DNA from: Pseudomonadota bacterium
Lineage (GTDB): Bacteria; Pseudomonadota; Alphaproteobacteria; Micavibrionales; UBA2020
Reading direction: 5' to 3'
DNA length: 50,879 bases
NCBI GenBank assembly: GCA_043806835.1
Contig: JAZDGQ010000047.1
Coordinates: forward strand, 1-50,879
Shown here: positions 1 through 9,855 of the stretch, one piece after another
Layout: each line of letters starts with the position of its first letter
How positions within the stretch are numbered: position 1 is the first letter of the stretch
Made by a program: the position numbers and the translations under genes
The notes under the pieces: generated by a model
The model's input: only the letters and a program-made list of their open reading frames with translations
Told to the model about the DNA's origin: nothing
Database searches by the model: none

Positions 1-47
1 GCCATTTTTATCTTCATACGCAAATCTTCCGAATATGGTCTTGCCAT
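1..47 (-). CDS. IS630-family transposase, N-terminal 15 codons only (partial)
   Basis: ATG at 47-45 gives MARPYSEDLRMKIKM, open to the window edge. An alternative frame from ATG at 51 (MNGKTIFGRFAYEDKNG) cannot be excluded. Confidence 0.5.
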   Translation of the reverse strand, partial: MARPYSEDLRMKIKM

Positions 48-138
48 TCATGCTGGCCTCCTTACCAGCATGAATCTTGAATCACATTCCAGCCCTCTTG
101 GGAATCCCCAATCGACTCTGCCTGTGCGAGAAACGCTC
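1..138 (-). mobile_element. 5' (left) end of a probable IS630-family insertion sequence, truncated by the window edge
   Basis: The minus strand reads TA|GAGCGTTTCTCG... (TA at 139-140, the IS630 target dinucleotide), then a TAAGGAGG SD and an ORF starting MARPYSEDLR, which resembles IS630 transposase N-termini (M-x-R-x-Y-S-x-D-L-R). The right end is not in the window. Confidence 0.55.
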
Positions 139-392
139 TAAAGGTTCTGCCGGTTTGCCGGAGTACGAAAAGGTGCTCGAAAAGCTTGTCAGGCTGACGA
201 AATCCGGGGCCGCCCCGGCACCGACGATACAGGCGAAACCGCCGGTGCCCTGAAACCGGCCATTCTGCTTCCGTTTGTTTTTTCCCTTGGAAAGTCCTGA
301 ATAAGTTCCCTCGCGCCTTGCCGGGACGGAGCGCCAAAAACTCTCCCGGCGCCGTCTGACAGGCCGGGTATCGGGAGCGCACCAGCAGACCG

Positions 393-1706
393 TCAGGAAG
401 CCACCGACTGGTTTTCCTCTTTTTTCTTTCTGGTCTCTTTGACCTCTTTGTCCCTGGTCCTTTTCTTGTCGGAGAAAACGATCTCCGGCGGCGTGTTGTT
501 GACGACGTTTTCGGCTTTCACGACGATTTCCTCGACACCCTCCATGCCCGGCAGCTCGAACATGGTGTCGAGGAGGATCAACTCGATGATCGAACGGAGA
601 CCGCGCGCGCCCGCGTTGCGCTCGATGGCGCGCTTGGCGATTTCCTTCAGCGCCTCGTCCTGGAAGACGAGCTTTGCGCCTTCCATTTCGAAAAGGCGCG
701 CATATTGCTTGACGAGCGCGTTCTTCGGCTCGATCAGTATCTTGACCAGCGCCACTTCGTCCAGGTCGTCCAGGGTGGCGATCACCGGCAGACGCCCGAT
801 GAACTCCGGTATCAGGCCGAACTTGAGCAAATCCTCCGGCTGAACCTCTTTCAGAACCTCGCCGGCGCGGCGGTCGTCCGGGCCCTTGACCTCTGCACCG
901 AACCCGATGGAGCTGGAACGCCCTCTCCGGGAGATAATTTTTTCGAGGCCGGCAAAAGAGCCTCCGCAGACGAAAAGGATGTCGGTCGTATCGACCTGCA
1001 GGAACTCCTGCTGCGGGTGCTTGCGCCCCCCCTGCGGCGGAACGCTGGCGATGGTGCCTTCCATCAGTTTGAGGAGAGCCTGCTGGACGCCTTCGCCGGA
1101 AACGTCACGCGTGATGGAGGGGTTGTCGGACTTGCGGCTGATCTTGTCCACCTCGTCGATATAGACGATCCCGCGCTGGGCGCGCTCGATGTTGTAGTCG
1201 CAATTCTGCAACAGTTTCAGGACGATGTTTTCGACGTCCTCGCCGACATAGCCGGCCTCCGTCAGGGTCGTGGCATCGGTCATGGTGAAAGGCACGTCCA
1301 GAACCCGCGCCAGCGTCTGCGCCAGCAGCGTTTTACCGCTGCCGGTCGGCCCGATCAGCAGGATATTCGATTTCGACAGCTCGATTTCGCTGCCTTTGGC
1401 CATTGTCTCGTCGATGCGTTTGTAGTGATTGTGAACCGCTACGGACAGCACGCGCTTTGCGCGCTCCTGCCCGATGACGTAATCGTCGAGAACCTTTTTA
1501 ATCTCGCGCGGCGTGGGAATCCCCTTGCCGGACTTGACGAGCTGGGTCTTATCCTCCTCCTGGATGATGTCCATGCAGAGCTCGACGCATTCATTGCAGA
1601 TAAAGACGTTCGGCCCCGCAATCAGCTTCCTGACCTCATGCTGGCTCTTCCCGCAAAAGGAGCAATAAAGCGTATTTTTTGAATCCCCCGAAGCTGTTTT
1701 GCTCAT
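393..1706 (-). CDS. clpX: ATP-dependent Clp protease ATP-binding subunit ClpX
   Basis: Zn-binding domain [19 protein letters not shown], Walker A GPTGSGKT, Walker [22 protein letters not shown] and the IGF loop. Confidence 0.99.
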   Translation of the reverse strand: MSKTASGDSKNTLYCSFCGKSQHEVRKLIAGPNVFICNECVELCMDIIQEEDKTQLVKSGKGIPTPREIKKVLDDYVIGQERAKRVLSVAVHNHYKRIDETMAKGSEIELSKSNILLIGPTGSGKTLLAQTLARVLDVPFTMTDATTLTEAGYVGEDVENIVLKLLQNCDYNIERAQRGIVYIDEVDKISRKSDNPSITRDVSGEGVQQALLKLMEGTIASVPPQGGRKHPQQEFLQVDTTDILFVCGGSFAGLEKIISRRGRSSSIGFGAEVKGPDDRRAGEVLKEVQPEDLLKFGLIPEFIGRLPVIATLDDLDEVALVKILIEPKNALVKQYARLFEMEGAKLVFQDEALKEIAKRAIERNAGARGLRSIIELILLDTMFELPGMEGVEEIVVKAENVVNNTPPEIVFSDKKRTRDKEVKETRKKKEENQSVAS

Positions 1707-1860
1707 CCCGATCTCTTTCCTTTTCAGTCGGCAGACACGATCCTCACCGTTTCAGGATAGAACAGCCGTGAAAGATTGCCAACTATTCTTAGACAGAAAA
1801 AATTCAGCGCTCTCTGGCTTTTTCATCCAATTGCCTTTAGTCTAGCACATCACCCCGTTA

Positions 1861-2295
1861 ATGAAGAGTGAACGCCGGAATATGAATAGTGATGAACTTG
1901 TAGATAATTTCAGCCTGTTCGTGGATTGGGAGGATCGCTACAACTACCTGATCGATCTCGGCGACGGTCTGCCTCTCATGGAAGACGCCCTCAAATCCGA
2001 AGAAACAAAGGTCAGAGGCTGCATAAGTCAGGCCTGGATGGTGATGGAATGGGACAAGGAGGGCAGGATGTTCCTGCTGGCAGACAGCGATTCCAGGATC
2101 GTGCGGGGGTTGATCGCCGTCCTGCGCATTATCTTCCACGGAAAAACGGCGGAAGAGACACGGAAAATCGACATCGACCGGATATTCAAAAATCTCGGAC
2201 TTGACCAGAACCTGACCCCCAACCGCCGAAACGGCTTCTATGCGATGGTGGAACGGGTCCGATCCTTCACGGCGGGAGGTATGAAATGCTCTTGA
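1861..2295 (+). CDS. sufE: SufE-family Fe-S cluster assembly sulfur acceptor
   Basis: DWEDRYNYLIDLG, VRGCISQAW (conserved Cys), ADSDSRIVRGL and LTPNRRNG motifs. The start may be 1882. Confidence 0.92.
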   Translation: MKSERRNMNSDELVDNFSLFVDWEDRYNYLIDLGDGLPLMEDALKSEETKVRGCISQAWMVMEWDKEGRMFLLADSDSRIVRGLIAVLRIIFHGKTAEETRKIDIDRIFKNLGLDQNLTPNRRNGFYAMVERVRSFTAGGMKCS

Positions 2296-2866
2296 TCAGG
2301 GTCTCGTAATACTCCTGAAAAATTCCGTTCTCAACGCTGTACCGGATTCTTATCACCTGGATGGACTGCTGCCCGGTCAGATAATGCATGGCGTTGAATA
2401 TGGGGCGGTTCCGCTCGACGGAAAACCCGGTGAGGCTCGCCCATTTCAGTCCCCCGTTTCCCTCCGAAAATGCGAGATTCCCGTCGCTCATCAGTATCTT
2501 GCTGTACCCGCTTTTGAGCACCTTCTTCATTCTTTCTTCATTCAGCCACGACAAAAATTCCTTGTCCGCCCTGAGAAAATAGATGTTGACTTCAAAGCTG
2601 TCCTCCGTGTTTATATCAACCCGCTTGAAGGTGGCGATTTCGCCGACGGCGCCATATTTGGGCGGGTTCCTCAGGTAGGGGACATCACCTTCTTCGGCCC
2701 AGATCGTTTTTACCGTTGGGGCTTCCGGAAGCGTGACGCTGTATTCCGCCTCATTGTGGGCATAATTGTAGTATGCGACTGCCTTCCCGTCTTCGCCCCG
2801 AGCCGGAACAGCAAGGAAGGCGGCGGCGAGAACCGCGCCGAAAAACATTCTTGAATAAGCCATCAT
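2267..2866 (-). CDS. Hypothetical exported protein with a signal peptide
   Basis: Start MMAYSRMFFGAVLAAAFLAVPARG at 2866, with an AAGGAG SD and an ATGA overlap with the hisS stop. The track ORF start (2980) is over-extended. Confidence 0.75.
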   Translation of the reverse strand: MMAYSRMFFGAVLAAAFLAVPARGEDGKAVAYYNYAHNEAEYSVTLPEAPTVKTIWAEEGDVPYLRNPPKYGAVGEIATFKRVDINTEDSFEVNIYFLRADKEFLSWLNEERMKKVLKSGYSKILMSDGNLAFSEGNGGLKWASLTGFSVERNRPIFNAMHYLTGQQSIQVIRIRYSVENGIFQEYYETLIKSISYLPP

Positions 2867-4317
2867 TTCAACATCTCCTTGATTGGCATTGTCCATGTGG
2901 CGGGATCCGTCGGGGTTTGTTTCCCGCTCGTCATATTCTTGACTTCGTGGGGTTGTCCGTCGCTGAAAGGCGGGAACCACACATAGGGGATACCCTTGCG
3001 GCTGGCGTATTTGAGCTGGTCGGGGATTTTCTTCGCCGCATGATACAGTTCGACGTTGAAACCACGCGCGCGCAAATCCTGCGCAGTTTTGGAGGCTTCG
3101 GCGCGACGCTCCTCGGACGGGAGAATGACCAGAACCTGCGTCGGAGATTTTTGTCCGACCGGCAATTTGCCTCTCTCATGCAAATAGGTGAACAACCGCG
3201 AGAACCCGATGGAAATACCGACGCCGGGAAGTTTCCTGCTGATGTACTGGCTGGCCAGATCGTCATACCTCCCACCGGAGCAAATAGAACCGTAACTCGT
3301 ATTATCGAAGAACATGGTCTCATAAACTGTGCCAGTGTAATAATCGAGGCCACGGACGATAGATAGATCCGCTATTATTTCGCCTTCGGGGATATGTGCG
3401 AGCGCATTTAATACAAAAATCAACTCCTTTTTCCCTGCCTCGAAAAGGTCGTTGCGTGTAAAAATAAGTTTATCCAGTTTTTCTTCTAGAATGTCCGGAT
3501 TTCCGGCTTTTATACAAGTTAATTGCCCGATTTGTTCAAAAAGCTTGCCACCTTTTGAGGGCAACTCTAAATTATGTTCGTGACATATACGCACGATTGA
3601 ATCATTGTAAGCGGAGGCGGATTTTTCTCCTTTATCAATTGCCCTCATAACATCCGTGAGAAGTTTCTCATCTTTTACGCCGATAGCGTTCAGATAACCC
3701 GCCAGAAGTTTCCGGTTATTAATTCTTATCAGGAATTTTTCCGTCTCCATCCCCGGCAATCCCTTCAGCACCTCCCAAATGATTGCGGGCATTTCGGCAT
3801 CAAAGTGCAAAGGCAGACTGTCGGCGTTCACAACATCAATGTCGCACTGGGTGAATTCGCGGAAGCGGCCTTTCTGCGGACGCTCGCCGCGCCATGATTT
3901 CTGCATCTGGTAGCGCTTGAAGGGAAAGACCAGCTCGTTGAAATGCTGCGCGACATACCGCGCCATCGGCACCGTCAGATCGAAGTGTAGGGCGAGGCGG
4001 GCATCAGAAAAGCCAGAGCCATCACCATGACCTGCGCCATCAGCAGATCCCCCACCATAACCAGAGCCATCACCAAAACCAACAGAGCGGTCATCCTGCA
4101 AGCGGTGCAGCGTATAAATCTCTTTTTCCGTTTCGCCGCCCTTGGCCAGCAGCGCCTCGACTTCCTCGACGGCGGGAGTCTCGATGGAGCAGTAACCGTA
4201 GCTCTCGAACACCTTGCGGATTTTGTCCATCCATTGCAGTTCGACGGCGCGATACTCCGGCAGCCACTCCGGAAAGCCGCTGATCGGTTTTGGTTTATAG
4301 ATTTTCTGGTCGGACAT
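2863..4317 (-). CDS. hisS: Histidine--tRNA ligase
   Basis: ISGFPEWLPE, LHFDLTVP, RGERPQKGRFREFTQCDID, RGLDYYTG, GGRYDDL and the anticodon-binding domain. Likely start is ATG 4317. Confidence 0.97.
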   Translation of the reverse strand: MSDQKIYKPKPISGFPEWLPEYRAVELQWMDKIRKVFESYGYCSIETPAVEEVEALLAKGGETEKEIYTLHRLQDDRSVGFGDGSGYGGGSADGAGHGDGSGFSDARLALHFDLTVPMARYVAQHFNELVFPFKRYQMQKSWRGERPQKGRFREFTQCDIDVVNADSLPLHFDAEMPAIIWEVLKGLPGMETEKFLIRINNRKLLAGYLNAIGVKDEKLLTDVMRAIDKGEKSASAYNDSIVRICHEHNLELPSKGGKLFEQIGQLTCIKAGNPDILEEKLDKLIFTRNDLFEAGKKELIFVLNALAHIPEGEIIADLSIVRGLDYYTGTVYETMFFDNTSYGSICSGGRYDDLASQYISRKLPGVGISIGFSRLFTYLHERGKLPVGQKSPTQVLVILPSEERRAEASKTAQDLRARGFNVELYHAAKKIPDQLKYASRKGIPYVWFPPFSDGQPHEVKNMTSGKQTPTDPATWTMPIKEMLK

Positions 4318-4353
4318 CCCTGCTCCAGGCTCACTTGTAATATTTAAACACAC

Positions 4354-4382
4354 CGTCATGCCCACTCTACGCGGGGATGACG
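4354..4382. repeat. REP-like GTCAT...ATGAC hairpin between cobT and hisS
   Basis: cgtcatgccc-actctacgc-ggggatgacg: 9 of 10 arm positions pair. Confidence 0.5.
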
Positions 4383-4416
4383 CGATCCGGTATTATTGCA
4401 AAAAAAACGGCTCCTA

Positions 4417-6213
4417 TCAATGAATCCGTTTCTTCCTTTCGGGGGGCTTCTCCTCGAACAGTTCCGCCAGCTTTTCGGTAATGACGCCGCCAAGCTCTTC
4501 GGCATCGACGAGAGTGACGGCGCGGCGGTAATAGCGGGTAACGTCATGCCCGATGCCGATGGCGACAAGCTGAACCGGCGTTTTGGTCTCGATCCAGCCG
4601 ATGACCCGGCGCAGGTGTTCTTCCAGATAATTGCCCCGGTTGGCGGACAGGGTGGAGTCGTCGACCGGCGCGCCGTCCGAAATCACCATCAGGATCTTGC
4701 GCTGCTCAGACCGCGCCATCAGGCGGTTGTACGCCCAGAGGAGCGCCTCGCCGTCGATGTTTTCCTTTAATAACCCTTCCCGCAACATCAGCCCCAGACC
4801 GGTGCGCGCGTGCCTCCACGGGCTTTCAGCGTCTTTGTAAATGATATGGCGCAGATCGTTCAGCCGCCCCGGACCGGAGGGCTTGCCTGCGGCGAGCCAC
4901 TTCTCGCGCGCACCGCCGCCCTTCCAGGCGCGGGTGGTGAAGCCGAGGATTTCCACCCGCACGCCGCATCTTTCAAGGGTACGGGCGAGAATGTCAGTGC
5001 TCATCGCGGCGATGGTGATCGGGCGACCCCGCATCGAGCCGGAATTGTCGATCAGGAGCGTGACGACCGTATCGCGGAATTCCGTATCGGTTTCCTGCTT
5101 GTATGTGACGGGATGCCAGGGATTGGCAACGATGCGGCTGAGGCGCGCGCTGTCGAGAATCCCCTCTTCCAGGTCGAAGTCCCACGAACGCGTCTGCTGC
5201 GCCATAAGCTTCCGCTGCAACCGGTTGGCCAGGCGGGTGATGACTCCCTGCAACCGGACAAGCTGCCCGTCCAGCAGCCGCCGGAGAGTCTTCAATTCAT
5301 CGGGATCGCATAAATCCCCCGCTTTGACCGCTTCATCGAAGTGCGTCGTGTAAATCCTGTAATCGCCGAAGAACGGGCAGGCAGCATCCCCGGGGGCGTT
5401 GCGGCGACGGATTTCTTCGGCCTCCGCCGACTCCTCAGCGCACTCATCCCTCTCCTCCGGATCACGGACGTCGGACAGACCGGCATCCTCCCCCTCCTGT
5501 TCGCCCATGCCGGAGGGCTGCGGGCTTTTGGACTCGGCTTTCTCGTCAGATTTTTTCTCGTCGCCGTGTTCCGGCGGCGGGGGTTCGGCGGGCGCGCACG
5601 CCATGCCCATCCGTTCGATGACCTGACGGGCGAACACGGAGAAAGCCTCCTGATCGCGCAGCGATTTTTTCAGCAGTTCCATGCCGCCGTCGCCGAGACG
5701 CTCCCGAATCCACGGCTCCCGGACGTTCATAATCTTCCTCGCTTCTTCCGGCGTCCCGCGTCCGGTGAAGGTTTCGCGGGCGAAAAACCGCAGCGCCACA
5801 GCGAGCGGCGCGTCGTCCGTGTTTGCAACCTGATTCAGGTTTTTCCGCAGCACAGCCCCGATGTTGGCCGCGGCGCCAGGATAGTGCTCCGTCCCAACGG
5901 CCTCGATCCGCGCCTCCTCCAGCGCATCAAAAGCCGCCCGCGCCTCCGGATCAGCTGGCGCGGAACGTTGGTAGATCGCCTCGTCATGATAGTGAATCCT
6001 CAACGCGCCGCCGTCCGCCAGTCCGCGTATATGCTGCGTCAGGTCGTCGTCCATCTGTCCCGGCAAAGACGGAAGCCGGATGTTTCTGCCGGTCAGCTCC
6101 GCGACATACTCCCCGAAAACGACTTCAACGTCGTCACGCCCCGACAACGCCCGCGCCGTCGATTCCGTTGCGTGCTTGAAGTTTTCCACAGGGTCGCGGG
6201 TATCGGTTGCCAT
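4417..6213 (-). CDS. cobT: Cobaltochelatase CobT-like subunit with a C-terminal vWA domain
   Basis: CobT N-terminus ([22 protein letters not shown]), acidic linker, [15 protein letters not shown] motif, [11 protein letters not shown] and [11 protein letters not shown]. Confidence 0.93.
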   Translation of the reverse strand: MATDTRDPVENFKHATESTARALSGRDDVEVVFGEYVAELTGRNIRLPSLPGQMDDDLTQHIRGLADGGALRIHYHDEAIYQRSAPADPEARAAFDALEEARIEAVGTEHYPGAAANIGAVLRKNLNQVANTDDAPLAVALRFFARETFTGRGTPEEARKIMNVREPWIRERLGDGGMELLKKSLRDQEAFSVFARQVIERMGMACAPAEPPPPEHGDEKKSDEKAESKSPQPSGMGEQEGEDAGLSDVRDPEERDECAEESAEAEEIRRRNAPGDAACPFFGDYRIYTTHFDEAVKAGDLCDPDELKTLRRLLDGQLVRLQGVITRLANRLQRKLMAQQTRSWDFDLEEGILDSARLSRIVANPWHPVTYKQETDTEFRDTVVTLLIDNSGSMRGRPITIAAMSTDILARTLERCGVRVEILGFTTRAWKGGGAREKWLAAGKPSGPGRLNDLRHIIYKDAESPWRHARTGLGLMLREGLLKENIDGEALLWAYNRLMARSEQRKILMVISDGAPVDDSTLSANRGNYLEEHLRRVIGWIETKTPVQLVAIGIGHDVTRYYRRAVTLVDAEELGGVITEKLAELFEEKPPERKKRIH

Positions 6214-6220
6214 GTTGAAT

Positions 6221-6330
6221 TGTCATCCTGGCTTTTCAAAAGTTGTTTGATCAGCCTCTCTTTGGATTTCTTTCAAGAATTCCGGCCTTCTGAACCTTGT
6301 TTCATTATTTTTTGAATCCTCCTGGATGAA
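6221..6330. repeat. Degenerate REP-like composite element
   Basis: Starts TGTCATCCTG (6221-6230) and ends CCTGGATGAA (6321-6330), an imperfect inverted arm; intergenic between pheT and cobT. Confidence 0.3.
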
Positions 6331-6337
6331 AAATATT

Positions 6338-8779
6338 CTATCCTCTCAGCGCCCCGCCCGTCTGCTTTTGCACGCTCCCGATGATTTTGGCGGAGAGCGC
6401 GGCGATGTCCTCGTCGGTGAGGGTTTTTTCGACGGGTTGCAGCGTCACGGCGAGGGCGACGGATTTCTTTCCGGGCTCCACGCCCTTCCCCGTGTAGACG
6501 TCGAAGATCTCCACGCCGGAAATCAGGGATTTATCCGTATCCCGGAGGACGCGGACGAGCTTCCCGGCCTCGACCGTCTGATCGACGATAAACGCGAAGT
6601 CGCGCAGAACCGGCTGGAACGGCGAAGGCTTCAGCAGTTCCCGGCGCGGCCCCTTCCTTTTCGGCGATGGGATATTTTGCAGGAACACTTCAAATCCGAC
6701 AAAAGCTCCATCACGTTTTCCACCAAAAGCCGAAGAAAAATCTTCTGAGAATGCTGATGCCGATTTTGGTAGTACCCTAGGATGAAACTCTCCGAAATAC
6801 GCCAGCACCGCGGGGCCGAGGCGCAGCACGCCCGACCGTCCCGGATGATACCATTCCGGCGCGTCCGCGGTGATTTGTAGGCTGCCTGTGTTGACGCCGC
6901 AGGCTTCCAGCACCGCCAGAGCGTCCGCCTTGGCGTCCATCGCGTCCGCACTTCGGGCGGGGCGCGACCAGTGGCGCGGTTCGGCATTGCCGCTCCGCAC
7001 GCCCCCCGCCACGGTCAGCTGGCCGTCGTATTCGGGCGATTTATAAACGCCGCCGACTTCGAACAGCGCGGCGTCGGGGATGCCTCGATCCGCGTTCTTC
7101 CCCGCCGCCTCGATCAGGTTCGGCAGGATCGACGGGCGCATGACCGCGAGATCGGCGCTGATCGGGTTGACGAGCGTAAGGGCTTTCTTGTTCTGGTGGA
7201 GTTGCGCTCCGAACAGGTCGGCTTTCGCGTCATCCATGAACGACCATGTGACTGTTTCATACAGCCCGCGTCCGGCAAGGATATGACGCGCGGCCACCAC
7301 CCGCTTTTGCAGGGGGCTCAGCGCCGCGCGTTTTTCGCCAGGCTCCCTGACGACGGGCACTGCTGGAATATTGTCGTAGCCGTCGATCCGCAGAATTTCC
7401 TCGACGATATCGGCAGCACCCTCGACGTCATGGCGCCAGCCGGGAGTCTTGACCGCCCATGCCTTGCCGGAGGTCGCGACGGTGAAGCCGAGCGCGTTCA
7501 GGATTTCCAGCTGCCGAGCCTCGGACAGGTCGCTGCCGCCCAGAAGTTTCAGGCGTTCCGGCGCATAGAAGATGGTGCGGGAGATGTCGGGCGTTTTCCC
7601 CGCGCCGGAAAGCTCGCTCGCTTCCCCGCCGCACTGTTCAAGGATCATCTCCGTGGCGATTTCGGCTCCGTCCTCCGTGAATCCAGGATCGATCCCGCGC
7701 TCGAAACGGTAGCGGGCGTCGCTGTCGATCTGGAGTTTCTGGCCGGTTCTGGCAATGGAGGCGGGGGAGAAATAAGCGCACTCCAGATAAACATTCTTCG
7801 TATCCGCATCGACGGCGGAAGAAACGCCACCGATGACGCCGCCGAGCGCCAGCACGCCGGAGTCGTCGCAAATGACGACCATCCCGTCGTCCAGATCGTA
7901 AGTTTTATCGTTGAGGGCTTCGAGTTTCTCGCCCTTCCGGGAGAGTTGCACATGGATATTGCCCTTCAGTTTATCCGCATCGAACACATGAAGCGGGCGG
8001 TTGAGGCCGAGGGTCATGTAATTCGTGATATCGACCAGCACCGAGATCGGCTTCTGCCCGACTGCTTTCAAATGATCTTGCAGCCATTTCGGGGACGCGC
8101 CGTTTTTCACGCCCCGGATATACCTGCCGATAAACAACGGGCAGGTTTGCGTGTCCTCCAATATGACGGACACCGGATTTTTGAACTTCCCGGCGACGGT
8201 TACGGCTTTTGGAGGCTTCAGCGTACCGATGCCCGTGGCCGCAAGATCGCGGGCGATGCCGTAGACACTGGCGCAGTCGCCGCGGTTGGGAGTCAGGTTG
8301 ATTTCGATGACCGGATCGTTCACCCCAAGCGCGTCAGCGGCGGGAGATCCCGTGACGGCGCTGTCCGGCAGTTCGATCACGCCTTTATGTTCCTCGGAGA
8401 GCAGCAGTTCGCGTTCCGAACACATCATGCCGTTCGATTCCTGACCCCGGATCAGCGTTTTCTTGAGCGTCATGTCGGAGCCAGGGATATAACTTCCCGC
8501 AGGCGCGAATACGCCTTTCATTCCCGCATGCGCGTTCGGCGCGCCGCAGACGACTTTCAGCTTTTCTTTGCCCGTATCGACGATCAGGCATTGCAGCTTG
8601 TCCGCGTCCGGATGTTTTTCCGCCGACACGATGTGACCTACGACAAAGCCTTTGAAAGTGCTGGCGCGGTCTTCGATGCCTTCCACCTCAAGCCCGATGG
8701 CGGTCAGTTTCTGCGAGATTTCGTCGAGCGTCGCAGCGGTGTCGAGATACCATTTCAGCCAGGATAACGGGAATTTCAT
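6338..8779 (-). CDS. pheT: Phenylalanine--tRNA ligase beta subunit
   Basis: MKFPLSWLK, HPDADKL, VVCGAPN, TPNRGDC, RFERGID, HPGRSG and a C-terminal FDX-ACB domain (RDFAF...KKSVA). Confidence 0.98.
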   Translation of the reverse strand: MKFPLSWLKWYLDTAATLDEISQKLTAIGLEVEGIEDRASTFKGFVVGHIVSAEKHPDADKLQCLIVDTGKEKLKVVCGAPNAHAGMKGVFAPAGSYIPGSDMTLKKTLIRGQESNGMMCSERELLLSEEHKGVIELPDSAVTGSPAADALGVNDPVIEINLTPNRGDCASVYGIARDLAATGIGTLKPPKAVTVAGKFKNPVSVILEDTQTCPLFIGRYIRGVKNGASPKWLQDHLKAVGQKPISVLVDITNYMTLGLNRPLHVFDADKLKGNIHVQLSRKGEKLEALNDKTYDLDDGMVVICDDSGVLALGGVIGGVSSAVDADTKNVYLECAYFSPASIARTGQKLQIDSDARYRFERGIDPGFTEDGAEIATEMILEQCGGEASELSGAGKTPDISRTIFYAPERLKLLGGSDLSEARQLEILNALGFTVATSGKAWAVKTPGWRHDVEGAADIVEEILRIDGYDNIPAVPVVREPGEKRAALSPLQKRVVAARHILAGRGLYETVTWSFMDDAKADLFGAQLHQNKKALTLVNPISADLAVMRPSILPNLIEAAGKNADRGIPDAALFEVGGVYKSPEYDGQLTVAGGVRSGNAEPRHWSRPARSADAMDAKADALAVLEACGVNTGSLQITADAPEWYHPGRSGVLRLGPAVLAYFGEFHPRVLPKSASAFSEDFSSAFGGKRDGAFVGFEVFLQNIPSPKRKGPRRELLKPSPFQPVLRDFAFIVDQTVEAGKLVRVLRDTDKSLISGVEIFDVYTGKGVEPGKKSVALAVTLQPVEKTLTDEDIAALSAKIIGSVQKQTGGALRG

Positions 8780-8780
8780 G

Positions 8781-9845
8781 TTATACGCCCTCCATCGGGA
8801 CGAAGCCGTAGTGTTTCAGCCAGCGCAGGTCGGATTCAAAAAACGTCCGCAGGTCGGGGATGCCGTACTTGAGCATGGCGATGCGCTCGATCCCCATGCC
8901 GAAGGCGAAGCCCTGATATTCCTCCGGATCGATGCCGCAGTTCTTCAGGACGTTCCGGTGCACCATGCCGCAGCCGAGAATCTCCATCCAGCTTTTTCCC
9001 GCGCCGATCCTGAATTCACCGTTCTCGCGGGAGCAGCCGATATCCATTTCCGCCGACGGCTCGGTGAAAGGGAAGAAGCTGGGTCGGAAGCGGGTCGGAA
9101 GCTCGTCCGCCTCGAAGAAAAGCTTGCAGAACTCGATCAGGCAGCCTTTCAGGTGTCCCATGTGGGCGGTCTTGTCGATCAATAAACCCTCAAGCTGATG
9201 GAACATCGGCGTGTGGGTTATGTCGTAGTCCGAGCGGTAGGTCTTGCCGGGGATGATGACGCGGATCGGTGGTTTCTGCGTCTGCATCACATGAACCTGA
9301 ACCGTGGAGGTGTGCGTGCGGAGCAGCCGCTTGGCCGCATCGCCCGTTTTCCCCGCCACGTCGGGCAGGTAAAACGTGTCGTGCATCTGCCGCGCCGGAT
9401 GCCCGGAGGGGAAGTTCAGCGCCGTGAAGTTGTGGAAGTCGTCCTCGATCTCCGGACCCTCGGCGACGCTGAAGCCCATGTCGGCGAAGATAACGGCCAC
9501 TTCCTCCATCGTCCGGCTGATCGGGTGGATCGCGCCCTGCGGCCAAGGGCGCGGCGACAGCGTCATGTCGATCTTTTCGTTTTTCAGGCGATCCTCAAGC
9601 GCGCCCCGTTTGAGCACGGCGGCGCGGGACTCGATTTCCGCCGCGATCTCGTCCTTCAGACAGTTCAGCTCCTGCCCCATCTGCCTGCGTTGTTCTGGAT
9701 CAAGGCTTCCGAGAGTCTTCATCATGTCGGTGACCTTGCCCTTCTTGCCGAGGGCGGTCACCCGCGCTTCCTCCAGCGCGGCGATGTCGTTGGCGGCTCT
9801 GACGGTCTCCACCAGTTCCTTTTTCAGGGATTCCAGAGTGCTCAT
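8781..9845 (-). CDS. pheS: Phenylalanine--tRNA ligase alpha subunit
   Basis: [38 protein letters not shown] and [10 protein letters not shown]. Likely start is ATG 9845. Confidence 0.98.
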   Translation of the reverse strand: MSTLESLKKELVETVRAANDIAALEEARVTALGKKGKVTDMMKTLGSLDPEQRRQMGQELNCLKDEIAAEIESRAAVLKRGALEDRLKNEKIDMTLSPRPWPQGAIHPISRTMEEVAVIFADMGFSVAEGPEIEDDFHNFTALNFPSGHPARQMHDTFYLPDVAGKTGDAAKRLLRTHTSTVQVHVMQTQKPPIRVIIPGKTYRSDYDITHTPMFHQLEGLLIDKTAHMGHLKGCLIEFCKLFFEADELPTRFRPSFFPFTEPSAEMDIGCSRENGEFRIGAGKSWMEILGCGMVHRNVLKNCGIDPEEYQGFAFGMGIERIAMLKYGIPDLRTFFESDLRWLKHYGFVPMEGV

Positions 9846-9855
9846 ATTCTCCATC

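Noticed and set aside
62-382. 106-aa minus-strand ORF downstream of clpX
   Set aside because: No SD or motif; it runs across the putative IS end and looks like an incidental frame.
705-8767. Long antisense ORFs (705-1682, 5341-6315, 6971-8767; likewise 20597-21889, 34559-35701, 48395-49393)
   Set aside because: They mirror confidently identified genes on the opposite strand, as expected from GC-rich codon bias.
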